Of a DNA stretch of 47,097 nucleotides, positions 44,507 to 47,097 are shown one piece after another. The first letter of the stretch is position 1, and the number at the start of each line of letters is the position of its first letter. Source of the stretch: Deltaproteobacteria bacterium (GTDB lineage Bacteria; Desulfobacterota; Desulfobacteria; Desulfobacterales; B30-G6); the NCBI GenBank assembly GCA_024639645.1, contig JAHEIB010000001.1, positions 1 through 47,097 on the forward strand, in the 5' to 3' direction. The notes under the pieces are model-generated. The model worked only from the letters and a program-made list of their open reading frames with translations. It did no database searches and had not been told where the DNA came from. Position numbers and translations under genes: made by a program.

Positions 44507-45960
44507 AAACCAGCAGAACAGGGAAAATAGTTCTTTTCTTGACACTTGTCCTGATTCTGTTTCAAGGACTTGGTTCCCATGCAGATGCAAGTGATGATGC
44601 AATTGAAAAAAATACCGCGCCCCTGGATTGGAGCAGGATCACCGTGCTTGACCTAGAAACGGCTCAGCGGTTTGCCGTGGCCGACAACCCTTCCATTCAG
44701 GCGACAGAGGTTCGCATTCAGCAGGCCAGGGAGCGGATTTCCCAGGCACGTGCCGCCTACTGGCCCCGCTTAGACGCCACCGCTTCCGCATCCAGAATCT
44801 GGATGCCTGATAACGATTACCAGGACAATCTCTATACTGCCAGATTGTTTGATCCTGAAGCCACCATCGACGATCCCCAGGACTATTACCGTGCCGGTCT
44901 CACCGCCACCTGGATGCTATTCGATGGGTTTGAGCGTCGATACAGAAACCGCCAAGCCCTGAATGCAAAATATCAGACGATATCGGCCAGAGACGACGCC
45001 AGACGCTTGCTTCTGTCCTCGGTGTCGCTATCCTTTTTGAGCGCGGAACTGGCACGGGAAAACATCGGTATTGCCAGGGCCGATGAAGCATTTTTCAAAG
45101 ATCTTCTGGAAGAAGCCAAAAGCAAACGGCAAATCGGTACGGGCTCATTGAGTGACGAGCTCAACTTTCAAATTCAGGTCAACGCTGCCATCGCCGATCG
45201 GATTCAGGCGGAAGGGGCCTACAGGACTGCCCTGCAAAGTCTGGCGGCTTTGCTAGGCCTTGCGGACGCATCACTGCCCGCACACGTTGAACTAGCCCCC
45301 CTTGAAGGGGCATCCTCGGAAGAAATGCAAGTTCCGGATATCGAGCAGATGGTTGCCTATGCCCTTGAACACCGGCCGGAAATTCTACAGAGCCAGCTGG
45401 CGATTCAGAATGCGTCTCTCGAGAAAAAAATGGCCAACTCAAATTACGCACCCACCATAAATCTCACGGCATCCGTCAGCGGAGAGCGGGAAGAGGATAC
45501 CCGATTTGAGGGTGACGATTTTGGAAATACCATTGGTCTCAACATGACATTCAATTTATTTTCCGGAGGCCTGTACCGCGCCCAGGCACGGGAGGCCATG
45601 CAAAAAGAAATCGAAGCCAGAAAATTACTGGAAGCCCTTAAAATAAGCATCACATCTGAAATCCGTAACACCGTTACGAATGTCATCACTTTTCAGACCC
45701 AACTAAAGCTGCAGCAATCCATTGCCCGGCTCAGTCAGGAGAACCGTGATCTTGTGGAAAAGGAATACAAGGCTGGTCAGGCTTCCCTGGTGCGCCTCAA
45801 CGAATCACAACGGGCACTGACCACAACACATAACAGAACCGCCCTGGCACTCGTTGCCCTCCGCCAGTCATGGTGGTCCCTCATGTCTGAAACTGGAATG
45901 ATAACTGAAGATGAAGCATTTAACTATTTGAACAATATTAAACAAAACGATAACCAATAA
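44503..45960 (+). CDS. TolC-family outer-membrane efflux protein
   Basis: Signal peptide, then duplicated helical and beta-barrel repeat structure. ATGA overlap with the pump stop. Confidence 0.8.
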   Translation: MKTSRTGKIVLFLTLVLILFQGLGSHADASDDAIEKNTAPLDWSRITVLDLETAQRFAVADNPSIQATEVRIQQARERISQARAAYWPRLDATASASRIWMPDNDYQDNLYTARLFDPEATIDDPQDYYRAGLTATWMLFDGFERRYRNRQALNAKYQTISARDDARRLLLSSVSLSFLSAELARENIGIARADEAFFKDLLEEAKSKRQIGTGSLSDELNFQIQVNAAIADRIQAEGAYRTALQSLAALLGLADASLPAHVELAPLEGASSEEMQVPDIEQMVAYALEHRPEILQSQLAIQNASLEKKMANSNYAPTINLTASVSGEREEDTRFEGDDFGNTIGLNMTFNLFSGGLYRAQAREAMQKEIEARKLLEALKISITSEIRNTVTNVITFQTQLKLQQSIARLSQENRDLVEKEYKAGQASLVRLNESQRALTTTHNRTALALVALRQSWWSLMSETGMITEDEAFNYLNNIKQNDNQ

Positions 45961-45974
45961 AAAAGGGGCCCTCA

Positions 45975-46445
45975 ATGCCTACCCAACCCGATACGCTGGA
46001 TGACCTGCTGCAGATCCTCGGTGACATATATGAAAATAGACTCCCCTTCAACCAGGTTCTCGGTCTGCATATCATCAGTCTGGAACCCGACCTGGTTGAA
46101 GTTGCTTTTGACATGACCGACTCCCTCATCGGAAATTACGTCCAGGGTTCCCTTCACGGTGGTGTGATCTCATCTGTTCTGGATACCGTTGGCGGTTTGA
46201 CAGCCACGGCAGGAATGATTCAAAAAAAAGTGGGCTGCACAAAAGAGGAAATCGCACAAAATATCGCAAAAGTCGGCACCATCGATCTGCGGGTGGATTA
46301 TCTGAGACCCGGAAAAGGCCGTTCTTTTACATCATCCGCATCCATCATGCGCATCGGCAAAAAAGTTGCCGTAACCCGGATGGAGCTCCATAACAACCAT
46401 GGCCGGCTGATCGCCGTGGGAACAGGAACTTACCTGATTGCCTGA
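45975..46445 (+). CDS. PaaI/hotdog-fold thioesterase
   Basis: GSLHGGVISSVLDTVGG motif; 156 aa. Confidence 0.7.
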   Translation: MPTQPDTLDDLLQILGDIYENRLPFNQVLGLHIISLEPDLVEVAFDMTDSLIGNYVQGSLHGGVISSVLDTVGGLTATAGMIQKKVGCTKEEIAQNIAKVGTIDLRVDYLRPGKGRSFTSSASIMRIGKKVAVTRMELHNNHGRLIAVGTGTYLIA

Positions 46446-46852
46446 GATTTCATGTTTTTCTTTGATATATTCTTTACCATCGTATAGGTTCAGTTAACGC
46501 GTAATATAGCGTTTGCCAGAATAACGTTCCGAAACTGCTTCGGCAAATAACGTCAAACAACCGCTCGAATTGCAAATAAACGTTCGTAAGGAACACCCGT
46601 GCCAAAAGATTACGCTACGACTGCCTGGTTAACAGTGTTTGATTACAATAGAACGAATCCAATCCTCTGGTCTTCCTAACGATCGCTAATTTGCTTCAAA
46701 CAGGCGACCGGCTGTTTGCCGTCACCCGCCGAAGCACCAGCCAAAAGTCAAACGGAATATATTTATGGCAACAGCGATAAACCCTTTATCATTTGAGAAA
46801 CAAGGTTGCGTTTCATAAACCTCTGACACGCTTACTCCGGGATAGTCAAAAG

Positions 46853-47097
46853 ATGCAGATCGACTTTCACCATACCGTAACATATGTCACGGCAAGATCT
46901 GCCGGTTTTGGTCATCGCAAAGCCGATACGGTTGCCTACGCTGCCCAGTATGTCGATGACGCCATCAACAGTGGCGGCATTAGATTTCACAATGGGGCCA
47001 TGTATACCCACATAAGCTCGGCCCACAAAATGTTTGATTACCGGAATTTTGAAAAACTGGCCAACCATCATGTATGGATCCCCTTTCACTTTCTGCC
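46853..47097 (+). CDS. Hypothetical His-rich protein, N-terminal fragment (runs off window end)
   Basis: ATG at 46853 gives MQIDFHHTVTYVTARSAGFGHRKADTVAYAAQYVDDAINSGGIRFHNGAMYTHISSAHKMFDYRNFEKLANHHVWIPFHFLP with no stop. This reads more like a real protein than the antisense track ORF 46832-47089. Confidence 0.55.
   Translation, partial: MQIDFHHTVTYVTARSAGFGHRKADTVAYAAQYVDDAINSGGIRFHNGAMYTHISSAHKMFDYRNFEKLANHHVWIPFHFL

Noticed and set aside
46832-47089. Minus-strand ORF of 85 aa at the window edge.
   Set aside because: The opposite strand encodes a more protein-like, uninterrupted frame from 46853 to the end. The minus-strand product has antisense-type composition.

Overview
This 47 kb window looks like a chromosomal segment of a Gram-negative anaerobe. 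A Desulfobacterota/deltaproteobacterial origin is my guess from gene content and protein style, and I could not verify it.

**Gene content.** Coding density is high and most genes are recognisable.
- Housekeeping: cutA, ybdL-yafV, ispD, rnpB, a Nif3/zinc-ribbon pair, tRNA-Met, rpoD-dnaG, hisA/hisB, tRNA-Ala, cysQ, copA, yqgE.
- A MarR-controlled RND efflux operon (adaptor, pump, TolC-like channel) followed by a hotdog thioesterase.
- c-di-GMP signalling: two single-domain PilZ proteins and a REC-PAS-GAF-HD-GYP protein.
- No transposase, integrase, CRISPR array, reverse transcriptase or classical defence gene is visible.

**Intergenic repeats, the most unusual signal.**
1. A family of palindromes built from tandem NNTAAGC heptads and their GCTTANN complements, at 9 loci.
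2. An inverted pair of about 125 bp repeats bracketing a two-gene unit at 88-1432.
3. A roughly 107 nt element with mutually exclusive or pseudoknot pairing, present twice 10.7 kb apart.
4. Two smaller hairpin families.

**Gene-level oddities.**
- A dynamin-like GTPase sits upstream of a ParA-like ATPase and convergent to a possible SLOG/LOG-like protein.
- A 430-aa protein carries a C-terminal HPr domain and is translationally coupled to ispD and the HD-GYP regulator.
- A WYL regulator is coupled to ybdL-yafV and a SprT/DUF2786 protein.
- The sigma-70 protein has a long polybasic N-terminus.
- A standalone YcaO-TPR protein lies next to a TIGR04076 protein.
- A near-consensus sigma-54 promoter precedes an internally duplicated helical protein.

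**Limits.** All functional calls rest on motif recognition by eye and recalled family knowledge. No database search was run.
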